From: Tubiluchus corallicola
Taxonomy: Eukaryota; Animalia; Priapulida
Direction: 5' to 3'
DNA length: 64,000 nt
Assembly (NCBI GenBank): GCA_030141605.1
Contig: JAQGDQ010000394.1
Location: 62,001-126,000, forward strand
Shown here: positions 1 through 22,909 of the stretch, piece after piece
Position numbering within the stretch: the stretch's first letter is position 1
Layout: every line of letters begins with the position of its first letter
Made by a program: the position numbers and the translations under genes
Notes under the pieces: model-generated
What the model was told of the DNA's origin: nothing
Database searches by the model: none
The model's input: only the letters and a program-made list of their open reading frames with translations

Positions 1-607
1 CAATAGACGAAGATACCAACATGGTAGTGTGTAATTTTTATGGAGACCATTGCGCCGTCTGTTTCTCTTTAAGAAAAAGTAACTTTGTCTCTTTTGAAGT
101 ACATGGCAGATTGTTCAAAACTTTTCTTGTAGATTGCAGTACCTGATATTTGCAAGATCTTTACTCCTTGGTATTTTTGAAGTTTGAACAAATTAATGTG
201 ATAACAGTGTTTAATAAATGCATCTGCAATTCTGCATTATTAACTCTTTTTAATAAGACATTGGCTTTAATGAACAACAGAAGACATCTCCAGTGATTGA
301 TTAAGTTAACGAATCAGAGCTATTAGGAGAAATTCTTTAATGAGAAAAACTGATAAAAGTTTTTTTATCTTAAACCAGAATCTGCGAATCATTAAAATAC
401 TGTTACAAAATTAAGCTCCTGATTCCATTTTTTCTGTCTATACTGAAAATAGGACTGAACCAACTGGAGGTCAAATCTTCTATTTGTCTCCAATTGAATT
501 CATATTATTGTGTGCTGTATATTTTAGTATTCGAGTCAGTTACAGCTGTAATGCCACCAAAAAGCAATTGAATTTGGTAAAGACGCCATTGTTAAGAAGA
601 ATAGAAG

Positions 608-1163
608 CTATTTTATGTTCTTGGCACATGTACTTTCAGCATCATTTTGACTCTCGCTAGGTTCTTTAAGTGTACTTTTTATTAAGTTTGTTTTACAGCC
701 TGGTGTTTCTCTTGTTGACTTATTCAGCGCGGCATCAACCTGGCAACACTCGGGTAATTGTTTATTATCACATTTCAGTGTGCCGTTGCCATGGGAGCAG
801 TATTGTGAAACAGTCAGTGTTTTGTCATGGCTCAACAGCTGTGCATCTTTCTGTGAAGATATCCCTTCTTGCTGCAAGGGTTCTATCCGTACTGAGCGGT
901 GACAAAATTGTGCTTTTCTCTGTGTAAATCTCTGTGTATCTCTGTGACTCTCCTCTGATACCGTCCACATTGGTTCCTCCGATGGTTTATCAGTGCAGTC
1001 AGCTGCTAGTCTATAATTCATTACAAAACCTGGCCGCGAAATGTCTGTTAAGTCACTACCCCCATGCTGGATTTCGACTGGAGGAGAATGTGCATTTTCA
1101 TCTAAAGCATGGGAAGGTGTTAAACAAAGCTCGGTGTTACTATCCTGTCTTTGCAGTATGCAC
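608..1163 (-). other. Possible exon / short ORF of an unidentified gene (137-aa ORF 608-1021 downstream of an acceptor-like tattttag at ~1164)
   Basis: Coding-like composition and acceptor-like site; no recognisable domain, and frames read from the acceptor hit stops before 1021. Confidence 0.2.
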
Positions 1164-1545
1164 CTAAAATATACAATATCAATTTAGAATATGTCAATAG
1201 ATTACATATCTATGGATTTTGTCACAGAACATAAGCTGTTGGGTTACCAGTTTTTTGTAATTTTGTTTTAAAATAAATAATATAAAATATTTGTTTTCTT
1301 GAAATTTGCATTATTGGACTACCTGTACTAGGCCCAGTTGTAGATGCACTCTGTCAGCTACTGAAAATTCGCTGACAGCTTCATACCAAAAGTACTTAAT
1401 TTCTTTGAATGAAGCTTGTAGGTGTAACTAACGTAATTGTAATCATTAATAATTATTCCTTGAACGGGCTTTTTGCTAGTCTGTGTAATCTGCATAGTCT
1501 GTAAACTGTGTTAATAAAATCTCCAAATTAGCTGACAATTAGCGA

Positions 1546-1676
1546 TAATTGCCAGAATTTCTATAAACATCGCGGTTAGTTTACCAATTATTACCCATTG
1601 CAGATAGTGAGTTCACCCACAACTGCTAATAATTGGTAAAATAAACCGCAATGGTTTATAAAAATTCTGGCAATTA
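1546..1676. repeat. Inverted repeat / foldback (~48-bp arms, ~33-bp loop), MITE-like
   Basis: taattgccagaatttctataaacatcgcggttagtttaccaattatta pairs with taataattggtaaaataaaccgcaatggtttataaaaattctggcaatta. Confidence 0.75.
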
Positions 1677-4444
1677 CAGTCATAAATAACTGGTGTTAAT
1701 AAAATATATTAAATAGTTTTGCCTGACTTGCTAATTGCTGGGAATGATGTGTGGAAAGAGTGGATGGATGCAGCAAGCAATTAAGTAATCATCGAATTAG
1801 TTATGCATTAAAATTTTAACATATAATTCGGTGCAAAAGATATATTATAGTAAAGCTTCTTCCACCTGATCCTGACATAAGTACAGTAGAAGTGTGTTAG
1901 ATGCTGTTAAGCATTTCTATTATTTATGTCTGCTGACGTCTTCTAGCGGACATATCTCTTTCTTGCGTTTTGGTTTTGGCTTAGTCATAATTTTTGAACA
2001 TTATACGGTGTTCCATATTACCGATCCTTTAGGTATTTCCAAAGCAGGAATAAGAGAAAGCGCAAAAAAGCCTGAACGAAGTACAATGAGTTTACTCTTT
2101 CATGCTGAATATTTTTCGCGTTTGATTGGTTTCGTGTGTGGTAAGCCTGGCGTCAAATATGCCTTCCTGTAAGACTTGCTACGGAAAATAATCTTTTGTT
2201 TAGTATACTGATGAAATTTTGGAGTAACAAACGAACTTTGTATAAAAAAGTGAACTGCAGAGAACCAAAACTGCTGGCTCTAACTGAAAAGGACACTCAA
2301 GTTGAGGCATTGATGCCCATACATCAAAATGCTAATTTCTTCTTAACGAAGAATGGAATCTAGGCCTATATTCTAGACTGGTAGCTTTTGCGGCAAGTGA
2401 ACAGTTTATATTGAGCATGTAATCCAAAAAAATTGCTAAAAAAATATCCCACCTTCTAATAAGAACGGCAATGAGTAGCAGAAAGAAGAATAAGAACACC
2501 AAGAATGCAATAATGAGGACATCAGTTGGTGGCAGTCGCTTAGCTTCACCCACAGTTATTAAGACTACAGTGTTGTTATCTGGAAGAAAAGTTGACATTG
2601 CAAAACTAGTCTGTAAAACGCATTATGACACAACAATGCCGATTTTTAAGCAATGATAATCATTAGAATCAGACTTGTTCCATTTTTGACTAGCAATTTC
2701 TACGCAAACAATCTAATAAAGTGGCAGAATTTTTGTGGAATTTTTAGCAAACGATCTTTTATAGTAACTTAATTACGTTAATGTTTTTGCTTATAGAACA
2801 GCTATTATTCCCCCTGGCTTCAAAAATAGACTCTTTTCTTATAGTAAAGAACAGAAACCCTAAACAAATACCATTATCATCGTTATCATCAGTATTATTT
2901 AGTACATGATCACTACAACCTTCAATTATTGAGCATTCAATCAAGTTCTACCAATTCGGGCATAAATAGACCATCAAAATCGCTAGGGAGCTTCGGGATC
3001 ACACCTCGCTCCTTATAGATTCCATCACCAGGCAATATGAACGCGCAGCCTTTATCCTGTTGCAAGCGGTTCATGACATCATTACATGTAATCAGCTGTA
3101 AACTTGCGGACACGTTTTTTTACTTGTAGTGAGAAAGTGACCCCTGAAAAAAAGATGTCCACAAATCCATTTTGGTGTCCACAAAAATCAAGCACCCTTT
3201 AAAATTATACCTTACAGCATTTTCTGCGTCTGTGTATGTTTTCTTGCAATGTCTTTATTATTTTAATAAATCTTCTGTGTTTTCATGATTTTCTGTTTTT
3301 TGTCATATTCGATGTACTTTAAATCATTTAATATACCGTCGTCTTACAAGTAATTGCTTTATACATTTTATGAACTATTTCCTTAGACCAAGAGGGGTAA
3401 AAAATTACCCCATGAAAGTACAAAGCCAAGTTCTGCGGCAAGTTGACATAGATATATGAGGACACCAAAGTTAAAAGGTTTTCCAACACTGCACCATATT
3501 GTTTGTGCTACATTATTTATGCTTGGTTAACAAATCTTTTGAAAATTTTTATAATAGCCGAACGGTGTTCACTGTTTAATTATGAGACATCCTTCACTTG
3601 CCGGTTATTCTAAAATTTCAAATTCATGAGATTCAAGCTTAATCGTCTGTACAACTGAAGTTCCCGCCATATTAGTTAAGTGAACAATGTCCACAGACTC
3701 TAATATAAAATTTCCTCAAAAGATCGTTAGAAAAATTTCTTTGCAAAACTGCAGGCCGAATTGGAGGTTTGCAGCCCGTTTTAAAAGTAAAAACAGGTGC
3801 TGCCAGAAAGAAAAATACTGTAAAGTAAATTCCAAAATTTGCTTATATACTTTTCAGTAAAACCAGGGTATGGTTGTGTGACAAATCGAAAAATATTTAA
3901 TCACTATTAGCTCGAAAATTTATTCGTTGTGTGTATCAATATAAAAAATGTTTTTGTTTAGGGTTTTATCAAGTATATTGCTAAAGTTTCTTTAAGTTTG
4001 TTTGTTTAAAATTACAATTACAAATTACCACATTAAAATTACATGTTTGTTTCGTTTTTACACAGTATTAAAACAATGGCTAAAAATTTCCTGAAGCAGC
4101 ACCCCCACTAAGTTTAGCTAGGAGCCGCCACAGAACGGCATATTTAAATTTTGCCCATTGTCATAGAATTATTGATTTTTTACCAACATAAAAAACCTTT
4201 CTCACCATAAAAACGCTCTTTATTGTTTCACACCAATTCTTTGTAAGAAGGCTCAGATTTTTTACTATGATACAGTTTCCTTTCAGATGATCAAAAACAT
4301 TTGCAAAAAGCTTTAGTACAAATTTCGGAAAAAGGAGATCGTGAATTTCTTAGAGACTCCTTAAGTATGTAAGCAGTTTCGTTAAACGACGACAGTTTTC
4401 TTGCCCCTTTTTCTTGACATCCCAGTATGAATGAAAAAGGCAAG

Positions 4445-6008
4445 CACATATTAGCCGCCACCTCCTTAATGCCATGTCACCACAGCTGAATGTACGTGTG
4501 AGAAATGAAACCTTGCACATATTAGCTGTCACATTCTTAATGCCATGTTACCACAGCTGAATGTACGTGTGAGAAATTAAACCTTGCAGATACTAGCCGT
4601 CACCTTCTTAATGCCATGTCACCACAGCTGAATGTACGTGTGAGAAATGAAACCTTGCACATATTAGCCGTCACCTTCTTAATGCCATGTCACCACAGCT
4701 GAATGTACGTGTGAGAAATGAAACCTTGCACATATTAGCTGTCACATTCTTAATGCCATGTTACCACAGCTGAATGTACGTGTGAGAAATGAAACCTTGC
4801 ACATATTTGCCGTCACCTTCTTAATGCCATGTCACCACAGCTGAATGTACGTGTGAGAAATGAAACCTTGCACATATTTGCCGTCACCTTCTTAATGCCA
4901 TGTCACCACAGCTGAATGTACGTGTGAGAAATGAAACCTTGCACATATTTGCTGTCACCTTCTTAATGCCATGTCACCACAGCTGAATGTACGTGTGAGA
5001 AATGAAACCTTGCACATATTAGCTGTCACATCCTTAATGCCATGTCATCACAGCTGAATGTACGTGTGAGAAATGAAACCTTGCACATATTAGCTGTCAC
5101 ATTCTTAATGCCATGTTACCACAGCTGAATGTACGTGTGAGAAATGAAACCTTGCAGATATTAGCCGTCACCTTCTTAATGCCATGTCACCACAGCTGAA
5201 TGTACGTGTGAGAAATGAAACCTTGCAGATATTAGCCGTCACCTTCTTAATGCCATGTCACCACAGCTGAATGTACGTGTGAGAAATGAAACCTTGCACA
5301 TATTAGCCGTCACCTTCTTAATGCCATGTTACCACAGCTGAATGTACGTGTGAGAAATGAAACCTTGCACATATTAGCCGTCAACTTCTTAATGCCATGT
5401 CACCACAGCTGACTGTACGTGTGAGAAATGAAACCTTGCACATATTAGCTGTCACCTTCTTAATGCCATGTCACCACAGCTGAATGTACGTGTGAGAAAT
5501 GAAACCTTGCACATATTAGCCGTCACCTTCTTAATGCCATGTCACCACAGCTGAATGTACGTGTGAGAAATGAAACTTTGCACATATTAGCCGTCACCTC
5601 CTTAATGCCATGTCACCACAGCTGAATGTACGTGTGAGAAATGAAACCTTGCACATATTAGCCGTCACCTTCTTAATGCCATGTCACCACAGCTGAATGT
5701 ACGTGTGAGAAATGAAACCTTGCACATATTAGCCGTCACCTTCTTAATGCCATGTCACCACAGCTGAATGTACGTGTGAGAAATGAAACCTTGCACATAT
5801 TAGCCGTCACCTTCTTAATGCCATGTCACCACAGCTGAATGTACGTGTGAGAAATGAAACCTTGCACATATTAGCCGTCACCTTCTTAATGCCATGTCAC
5901 CACAGCTGAATGTACGTGTGAGAAATGAAACCTTGCACATATTAGCCGTCACCTTCTTAATGCCATGTCACCACAGCTGAATGTACGTGTGAGAAATGAA
6001 ATCTTGCA
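4445..6008. repeat. Tandem minisatellite, 71-bp unit, ~22 copies
   Basis: Unit tattagccgtcaccttcttaatgccatgtcaccacagctgaatgtacgtgtgagaaatgaaaccttgcaca repeated head-to-tail with few substitutions. Confidence 0.97.
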
Positions 6009-6486
6009 TGGAAGAAACAATCAGCTATTTGTTCCAGAATAGGCAGCTTTTGTCGAGCTGGACAAGATCAGAGCTAATTAAAATTATTAATCTAATTATA
6101 ATTATTATAATTATAAAAGATTACAATTATTTTGAAAGATTTGTATTAATACCTTACACAGACGAATAACTAGAATTCATGCAAAGTTGTGGTGCCACCT
6201 TTTAGAAAATGAAACATTACATCAAGCCGACTAGACCATTAAACTCCATAAAAACATTCTGCAATAATTTACAATCTCAATGTCAAGATTATCATTAAAT
6301 TTAATAACGGTAATTGTAGTATCAATTAAAAAACTAATTAAATTTTATACAAAACTGGAAAGGGCGGAAAGGTATAAAATTAAGGCGACCTGGATTTGAC
6401 GCAGGGACTTTATTAAAATTCAATTAATTGTCCGTTTTTGTCATCATTCTGCAGTGATTGTAATTTTCTTTGTATTTCATTTTCAG

Positions 6487-6630
6487 GGTGACTTTGGAGG
6501 TCCTATGGTATTGCAGTAAACTGGAGAAGTCATAGGTATTATATCATCAGTAAGTAAGTGAAGCAGAGGGATTTCGTATGCTACAAAATTTCCCCATATT
6601 TAAACTGGATCGAGGAAGTACTGTATAAGA
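6487..6630 (+). pseudogene. Decayed terminal exon of a trypsin-like (S1A) serine protease or homologue
   Basis: tttcag| then GDFGGPMVLQ*TGEVIGIISS...GISYATK / (frameshift) ISPYLNWIEEVL, resembling GDSGGP...GIVS...YTRVSxYLDWI; phase-0 acceptor directly before the GDxGGP motif as in many S1 protease genes. Confidence 0.75.
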
Positions 6631-8169
6631 ATCGGGTTTCGGAGTTTTCCTCAAAACAGCAAGCTCTAGACACGCCAACAACAAACTACAAGAATGAAGT
6701 ACTTTTCATTAGATTGTCTTTAAAACTTAGCATTTGCTTAATTTAATAGAATTGGCTCTTATAAAAAGCTGCTTGACATTGATGATGATCGTGAAAAGGT
6801 CAAAGGTTAAGTGCACTAGACAACGCATTTGTGTACACTTGACAACACCTAGCAACCCATGCTATTGTAATTGTTACAGTTCTAGAATGTTTTAGCGACT
6901 AGCTGCAACCTTGCCTAGTTCATTTTTTCTTGGTCCCAAGCAAGATTTTGTTGGTAAATCACTTTAGGCACAGACTAATGCATAATTAAGTGAAGTCCAT
7001 GTAAAGCAACTTAAGTTACTAAACTGATGTGACATAACAGCTTTGCTTTACCCACACGTCATGTTGTTAAGACGCGTTGCTGTGGTATACTTGACCTATA
7101 GCCTATAGCAACTGAACGTGTGCAGAACGAAACTGTGAAAAAGCCTTATTCCTTGGAAATCCCCACAGCCAGGGAGGCATGCCTTGTAGAGAAGATTGGA
7201 AGTACTTGTCTCTAAGCCTGGCAGTTTAACAATTGTCATAAGCCCTTAAAGTTTATTAAATTTTAAGATGGTAGTAGGCACTGTTTGAAACATATGAAAC
7301 AATACCCTAGTACAACATTTTAGTATGTATGTATGTATTTAATATGTATGTAAGTCTGCTACATTTTAGCTATTGCAATTAAATGTACAACAATTTGTAT
7401 TAATTTTTGTCTAGTTTTGTATGTTTTTGCTATCAACTCATTATTATTATTCATTCATAATGAAGTCCACTTCTTAACCAAGTGCAGCATTGCTTAACAT
7501 TGTTCACTAAACACGGAGCTGATGCGTACCTCGACCTGCCCCGCTTTCCTCATCCCCGATTTTCGCCTTCAGTAGAAAATTCATACCTAATTCTGCATCT
7601 TTGATTTAAAATAAAGAGAAATAAAATGAAATAAACTTCGCGAACCCATCGCCTCTTTCTTCTGTAACAGCCTTTTTTGCGAAATGTTCGTCATGCGATT
7701 GCATAGAATTATAGGTACATCTGTGGTCCATATAATACTCTCGCTTAACCGACAATCTCCCCTCCTAATATTCCTCTTTGTAGAGCAGGCTGCTGTTTTA
7801 GTAGAGGTACTCATAACTTGATTGCAGTTTCAAACGAGGAGTGATCGATTGTTGATCGGCAGCAAAATAAATATTGCTGAACTCAGCTTTTTTTCTAAAA
7901 TGTACAGTCCCACGCAGTTCTAAAATTCGTTTTTAGAAACTCTCCCTTCATTTCTTTTTTGATTTTACGTGAGATGTAAGACGAACAAGGTACACATTCA
8001 CTTTCAAAATTGATTTGATTATCTTCTTGTTCCCAATTTAACATTCCTGTATTAAAGAATGCTTTTTCCAATAATTCGTGGTGTTTTGTAATATTTCAGA
8101 CACATTTAATTAACTGGTAGGTACCGCAACTGTAAATGAAATTTCTCCCGACGTTTATTTAGTGGCCCC

Positions 8170-8392
<223 letters not shown>

Positions 8393-9028
8393 CAAGTTTT
8401 TATAGTAAGTAAACAGCTTCGAGTTTAACATAATTCATGTAATGCAAAACGTTCTTCAAATAAAATTGGTCAGTCTAATTTATTAGTAAAAATAGATTAA
8501 TAGCAGAACAAGTGTCAGTTTGACTTATGCACATATCAGATTACACATGATGAGAAATTAGCATACTACAGCCCTAATTTGTCTTAATACACTACTGAAG
8601 GTAACCAGTTGGGTTTATGTAACGAGTTAACATAATGAGCAATTGAAAATGTAAATGACAAATAATTATGTTATTGCATGACAAATTATATAATTAACAT
8701 AAAATATAACTTTAGCATCTCTAAGCTGCTACTCTTTACCTCAAATGTCCTAGAACTATAAGCTAGATAATGTACTGCACACAATACTTTCTAATATACG
8801 CTAACATTGTAACGATCATCATCGATCGATACCCTAATAAAATGAACTGACGATCTTGTGATAACATAAGTTTTTCAACCACTAACATCTACTAACATGA
8901 TGTGCATATTAGGCCTACTCCGAGGCAAAAATACGAAAACAAGAAGTTTCTAGCAAACAAACGTTCAAAAGCAGGTTTTATAGGAATCTTATTCACACTA
9001 AATCAATATCTTCTACACAAGCATAAAA

Positions 9029-18239
<9,211 letters not shown>

Positions 18240-19132
18240 TTTGCATCTATTTGTCAACAAGCAAAAACAAATTAGAAATGAAAGGGTTGGAATTATTTCG
18301 ACTGTCTACACAAACAACAAAAAGAAATTTACAGTGTTGATATTTTTAAACGACAGCTAATAAGAATTAATTTATTTTGTGAAAAATCTGCAATGGATGT
18401 GCAGCAAGAGATTAACCAACTTAAAAAAAGTGTGTGGTGTTCCGTTGTGAAGCATTAATGTTAAAATTAATATTACAAAATATAAAGAGCGTACTTGCTG
18501 CATATACACAAAGTTTCGACCCACAATGCAAATGAAATGTGGAACAACCTCCAATAGCATTGCAAATTGATATTGACGGGATTGACGAAATAGGCTAAGA
18601 TTTTTTCTTTACGGAAAACTTTCCAAATTTTTAAACTGCGTGCAAATTTGCTTGCGAATACATTAACTTGAAGCACATGCAAGAGTTGAGTTAACATGAC
18701 TATATTACATAGTTACACTTTACGTTCAAAAATTTTCATCCCTATTACGTCAAATTACTATAGTAAAGATCTGTGTACTTACTTAAGTCCAGGAAACAAT
18801 AGCAACGGATTACAAATACAGATTTATAATGTCTACAATATCTAAGAGCTGCCTCTCGCTTCGGTACTCACTTCTACTTACACAAGAAGTTGGTCTTTAT
18901 ATATGTTAAGTTTTTATTGCATTTTGATAAGCCGCGTCCTCATTCTTGCAGCAATGTCACCTTCACCATGTTTTTCGTTGTCTTCCATTTGTCCTCTAAG
19001 TTCAAATGTTGCCTGTTCTACTCATGCCGAAACTACATTGCACATATATTGTCACAAAGCAAACAACTAAACAGTGACATCAATGACGAAAATCTAAAGT
19101 ACTTTCTGTTAAACCAATGAGCAATTTACCAA

Positions 19133-19258
19133 CAGGTGACGTGAACACAGGTGACGTGAACACAGGTGACGTGACACAGGTGACGTGAACTCAGGTGACG
19201 TGAACTCAGGTGACGTGACACAGGTGACGTGAACTCAGGTGACGTGAACACAGGTGAC
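19133..19258. repeat. Tandem repeat, 14-15-bp unit caggtgacgtgaac(a/t), ~9 copies
   Basis: Direct inspection. Confidence 0.93.
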
Positions 19259-21073
19259 GCATTACTAAAGTAAGTATATGGGGCATGTAATTGACAATCA
19301 GAAAAGAGATGAGAAAAATATCGAGAGAGAAACTTGAATTTGACTCGAAGCTGTAGGAGGAACACGCAGATCCCAAGCTGCGTTTAGCCCTGCCTACCTT
19401 GATGACGCAACACATTCTTCTTATAAACACTCGCTCTTTGGCCGCAAGACGCAAATAAAATTTAATGTTAAAAATATGGAGAATGAATTCACTTTCTGCC
19501 AATTCTAACTGATTTCTGAAAACGAGTGCTTATAATTATAAAAAAAATTATCCTGCCAATCGTTACAAAGAGAACTAAATTGTTACATGCAGATTATGTG
19601 CAGAATATAAAGTTTTGTAAAAGTTTAAACTTGGTAGTTGTAAAGCAAAATGCCAGCCAGACGGTCGTCGAATTATCGTCCAGAAAAAAATTGTAAATAC
19701 TTATGACAATAAAATGATCGTAGTTCCTACAATGTATTTTAGTTTGTGCCCTTAAAGAATGCAGCTATTAAAAGCCCCAGTTCACATCTATACTTATGTA
19801 AGATACAATATTTTAGCTAATGATCTTTTTTTCTGAAATGTTAGATTTTTCGTTATTTAAGCAACTGAATTTTCTATTGGAGTTTTTAAATTTTCAACTT
19901 TTTTCATGAAATCGCTTTTTTGCAACTGCAGTATGAAATGGCTGAAAGAAGATTCTTCGATGGAGTCGATATTTGACTGTCACGTTCCGTCTCACAGCCA
20001 TGAGAGCCTCACAGCCTGTTTTTCCTAATTCTACTTACATGGTTTGCTTATTTTTTGTTGTGTGTAATAAGTACAAACCATTCTTTTTTGCCTTCATTTC
20101 ATTTTGATCTACCATAAATATACATGGGAACATGAGTATTATACGTGCAATGTTGATCAATGTTCTAGCTGTTACAATGCAGAGTGCAATGTCATTGGTA
20201 GGTATGAGAATTTATTAGATTTTAGTGATGCCCAAGCAGTTCAGTCAAACTGCACAGCAACAAACTCGTTTCTAAATAATATTAAGTGTAGCCGAATTAT
20301 AGCACCTCAGTGTACTGCAAACACAACAACTTTGCAGACTGATGTTAGTTTAGTATCAATTCCTCGGACAGACTTGGATAATTTTTGCAAGGATACATAT
20401 TATGAACAGTATAATGTTGCTAATGTTTTTGCTAATTCAGAATGTCAGCTCGGCCTATCTAGTACTCTGGGTAGTGAGCCTAGAATTCTAACTTATGATG
20501 TTGATAATTATGCGGAAAGCAGAGATTAATCTTGCGTGAATATGTTGCCCATTTCGCAGCAAGCTGCTTCTAAAAATTTAATTGAGCCAGCTGCTGGCAA
20601 GCTGCCAAATCAAAAGTTACAAAACTTCTACAGACAACGAATTTGCGCTTCATAAATTGCTGCAAACAATTTTGAAGGGCAAAGGGGAGAACGGTCAGGT
20701 TTTAGTAGTGATTACACAGCTTTAACACAGAATAGTTTAATAGCGCAATCGCAAACTTGTTTTGAAACAAATGTTAATCCGATAGTCATGTCAAGCATAA
20801 CTAATGATAGTTATCATTTACACTGGGTAGCAAATATATGTGCATCGGGGGAGCAAGTTAAAGGCATTTCGTCCAATAAGCCCACTGCAAGTTTACAATA
20901 CAAACACGTCAATGAGCAAGACAAAAAATTGTACATGTGAACTCTCTAAATTCTGGGATTTAGATTCGTTGGGAATTGTTTTAACTTCGTTTTTATTTAA
21001 AACGTAAAATACAATTATGATAGAGCAATGGATTTTATAAATACAGTAATCATTACTTGTATTTTTAAAAAAA

Positions 21074-21697
21074 TTGTTTACATGTGTATTCGACCATCTG
21101 TTGATTATTGTATACCGTTCTCCACCTCCTAGCGCCATCTATCCACTAAAAATACAAACTCATACAGGAATTACCGATTATTTCAGTAATTTAACAAAGG
21201 CAGAAGAAGAGGCGATTGCAGAAGACCATTTTAATAGAACTGCTTACATTGTGAACGGTCGGTGCAGAGTTTCTTGGCTAGTTCGTGATAGAGATAAGTC
21301 AGCCAAGTTCCCCACGAATCTTGATTTGTGCAAAGCACGCTTACAAAATGTTGTATTTAGACTTAAGCAAAATCCAACACTTTTACAAGCATACAACAAA
21401 ATCTTTCAACAGCAGTTACAGGATGCTATAATAGAAAAGTTTGACCGAAATTTCCCGGCAAGAAAGCCATTAATTTACCTTCCTTACACCTTTGTCTTAA
21501 AAGATAGCGAGACTAAACCATTACGTATAGCTTTTGATGCGAGTTGTAAGAAGAACTCGGTGTTATCACTAAATGATTGTTTGTATACTGGCGCAAATCA
21601 TCTTCAAATTTTAGCAGCTCTTTTGAATAGGTTTATGATACACAAGTATGTTATGATGGGTGATTTATCTAAAGCGTTCTTACAAATCGAGCAGTAA
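21074..21697 (+). mobile_element. BEL/Pao LTR-retrotransposon RT fragment (upstream 20.1-21.0 kb is possibly decayed sequence of the same element)
   Basis: YLPY..V.KDSETKPLRIAFDASCK...SLNDCLYTG.N.L..L..LL.RF......GDLSKAFLQI is the Pao-type RT N-terminal signature; truncated after KAFLQI. Confidence 0.9.
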
Positions 21698-21929
21698 AAA
21701 TTAATCGTCTAATTAGCATGCTCTCCACAGTAGCTCTCAAGGTTGTGCGATGAGACAGGGCATCGCTACAAGCTATATAGTTTCAATACAATCGTGTACA
21801 TTTTTGCATGTTTGTTTGTCCATCTTTGTGTTAATTTTTTTAATCAAAAGAATCAGACGAATAACAAATTAGGAAGTTTGGTCTTGGCAAAGATCTGCTT
21901 CCAACTGTGTGCATACTGGGTACCTACTA

Positions 21930-22015
21930 TTTGTGCCATTTTACCTGTGGCAATATTTCCTGTGTTGTTTTTCCTATACGCCATTTTTCCTGTGCTGTTT
22001 TTACTGCTCAGCGCC
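21930..22015 (-). repeat. Short subterminal-type repeats (cacaggtaaaatggcac family), same type as 28370-28890
   Basis: Reverse complement reads ...cacaggaaaaatggc...cacaggtaaaatggcacaaa. Confidence 0.55.
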
Positions 22016-22189
22016 TAGAGGATACTCCATTCTTGATCACAAACCACATTTTTTAGGATTGATTGTATGTTGAAAAAATTGTACAGCCATTGAATCTCCT
22101 TGCATTTTTATCAACAGCAATTCAATAACATGATTTTATTATTTAGCTAAACGTTGCACATTGAAGAGTTATACTCACTTTCTAGATTT

Positions 22190-22909
22190 TCTCTGTCTGT
22201 ACATCTTAACACATGATTGGGATTGAGTGTAGATGCCTTCTAACTTAATAGTTGAGGTATTAGAAGATTATTGAAGTTGTCTGTAGACGACTTCTTACCA
22301 GATGGCTGAGGTTACCAGTAATGTCTTCTTGTCAGGTAGTGAAGTTGCCCGTAGTTTCCTTTTGATCAAGTAATTGTGATTGACAATAAAAGCTTTTCAA
22401 TTTAATGCTTAAGTTTGGGCATACATATCTTTTGACAAAGCAGTTGAGGCTGCTATCTGTACATATCTCTATTCAGATAACTAACATTGCCTGTAAAAGT
22501 CTTCCTGTTAGATACTTGAGATTCGCAGTAGATTTCATCTCACCAGATGTTTGAGATTGCTCTAGATGAGTTCTGGCTAAATCTTTCAGTTTGTCTGTAT
22601 ATATTAACAGATGATTTCCATTGGCTGTGGATGTATTTAGACTTGAGGTATAATAGTAAATGTTTATATTGCTTGTGGATGTCATCTTGCCAGATGATGA
22701 GTAGCATGCAGATTTCTTCTGATCAGGTGCTTCAGATTGTCAATAGAACATTTGCTTCCACTTTCTTCAGTTTGGTCATACATATCTTCTGACAAGGTTG
22801 GTGAGCCTGTCTGTATTATTTCTCTGGTCAGATACTTAAAAATGCTTTTAGAAGTCTCCTTCTTAGATTCTCGAGATTGGCAGTTTAGCAAACTCGTTAT
22901 TACGTCCAT
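22190..22909 (-). pseudogene. Broken, internally repetitive reading frame of unknown identity
   Basis: Recurring motif S/T-x-x-NL-[KN/S]-[HY]-L-x-R (FKYLTRE, NLKHLIRR, KLKDLART, NLKYLTGR, NLSHLVRS) across adjacent frames with stops. Confidence 0.35.

Noticed and set aside
4445-6008. CRISPR or tRNA-like array
   Set aside because: No variable spacers and no cloverleaf or A/B-box pattern in the 71-bp unit
7587-7814. Short coding-looking ORF downstream of the SULT gene
   Set aside because: No recognisable motif and no convincing splice sites
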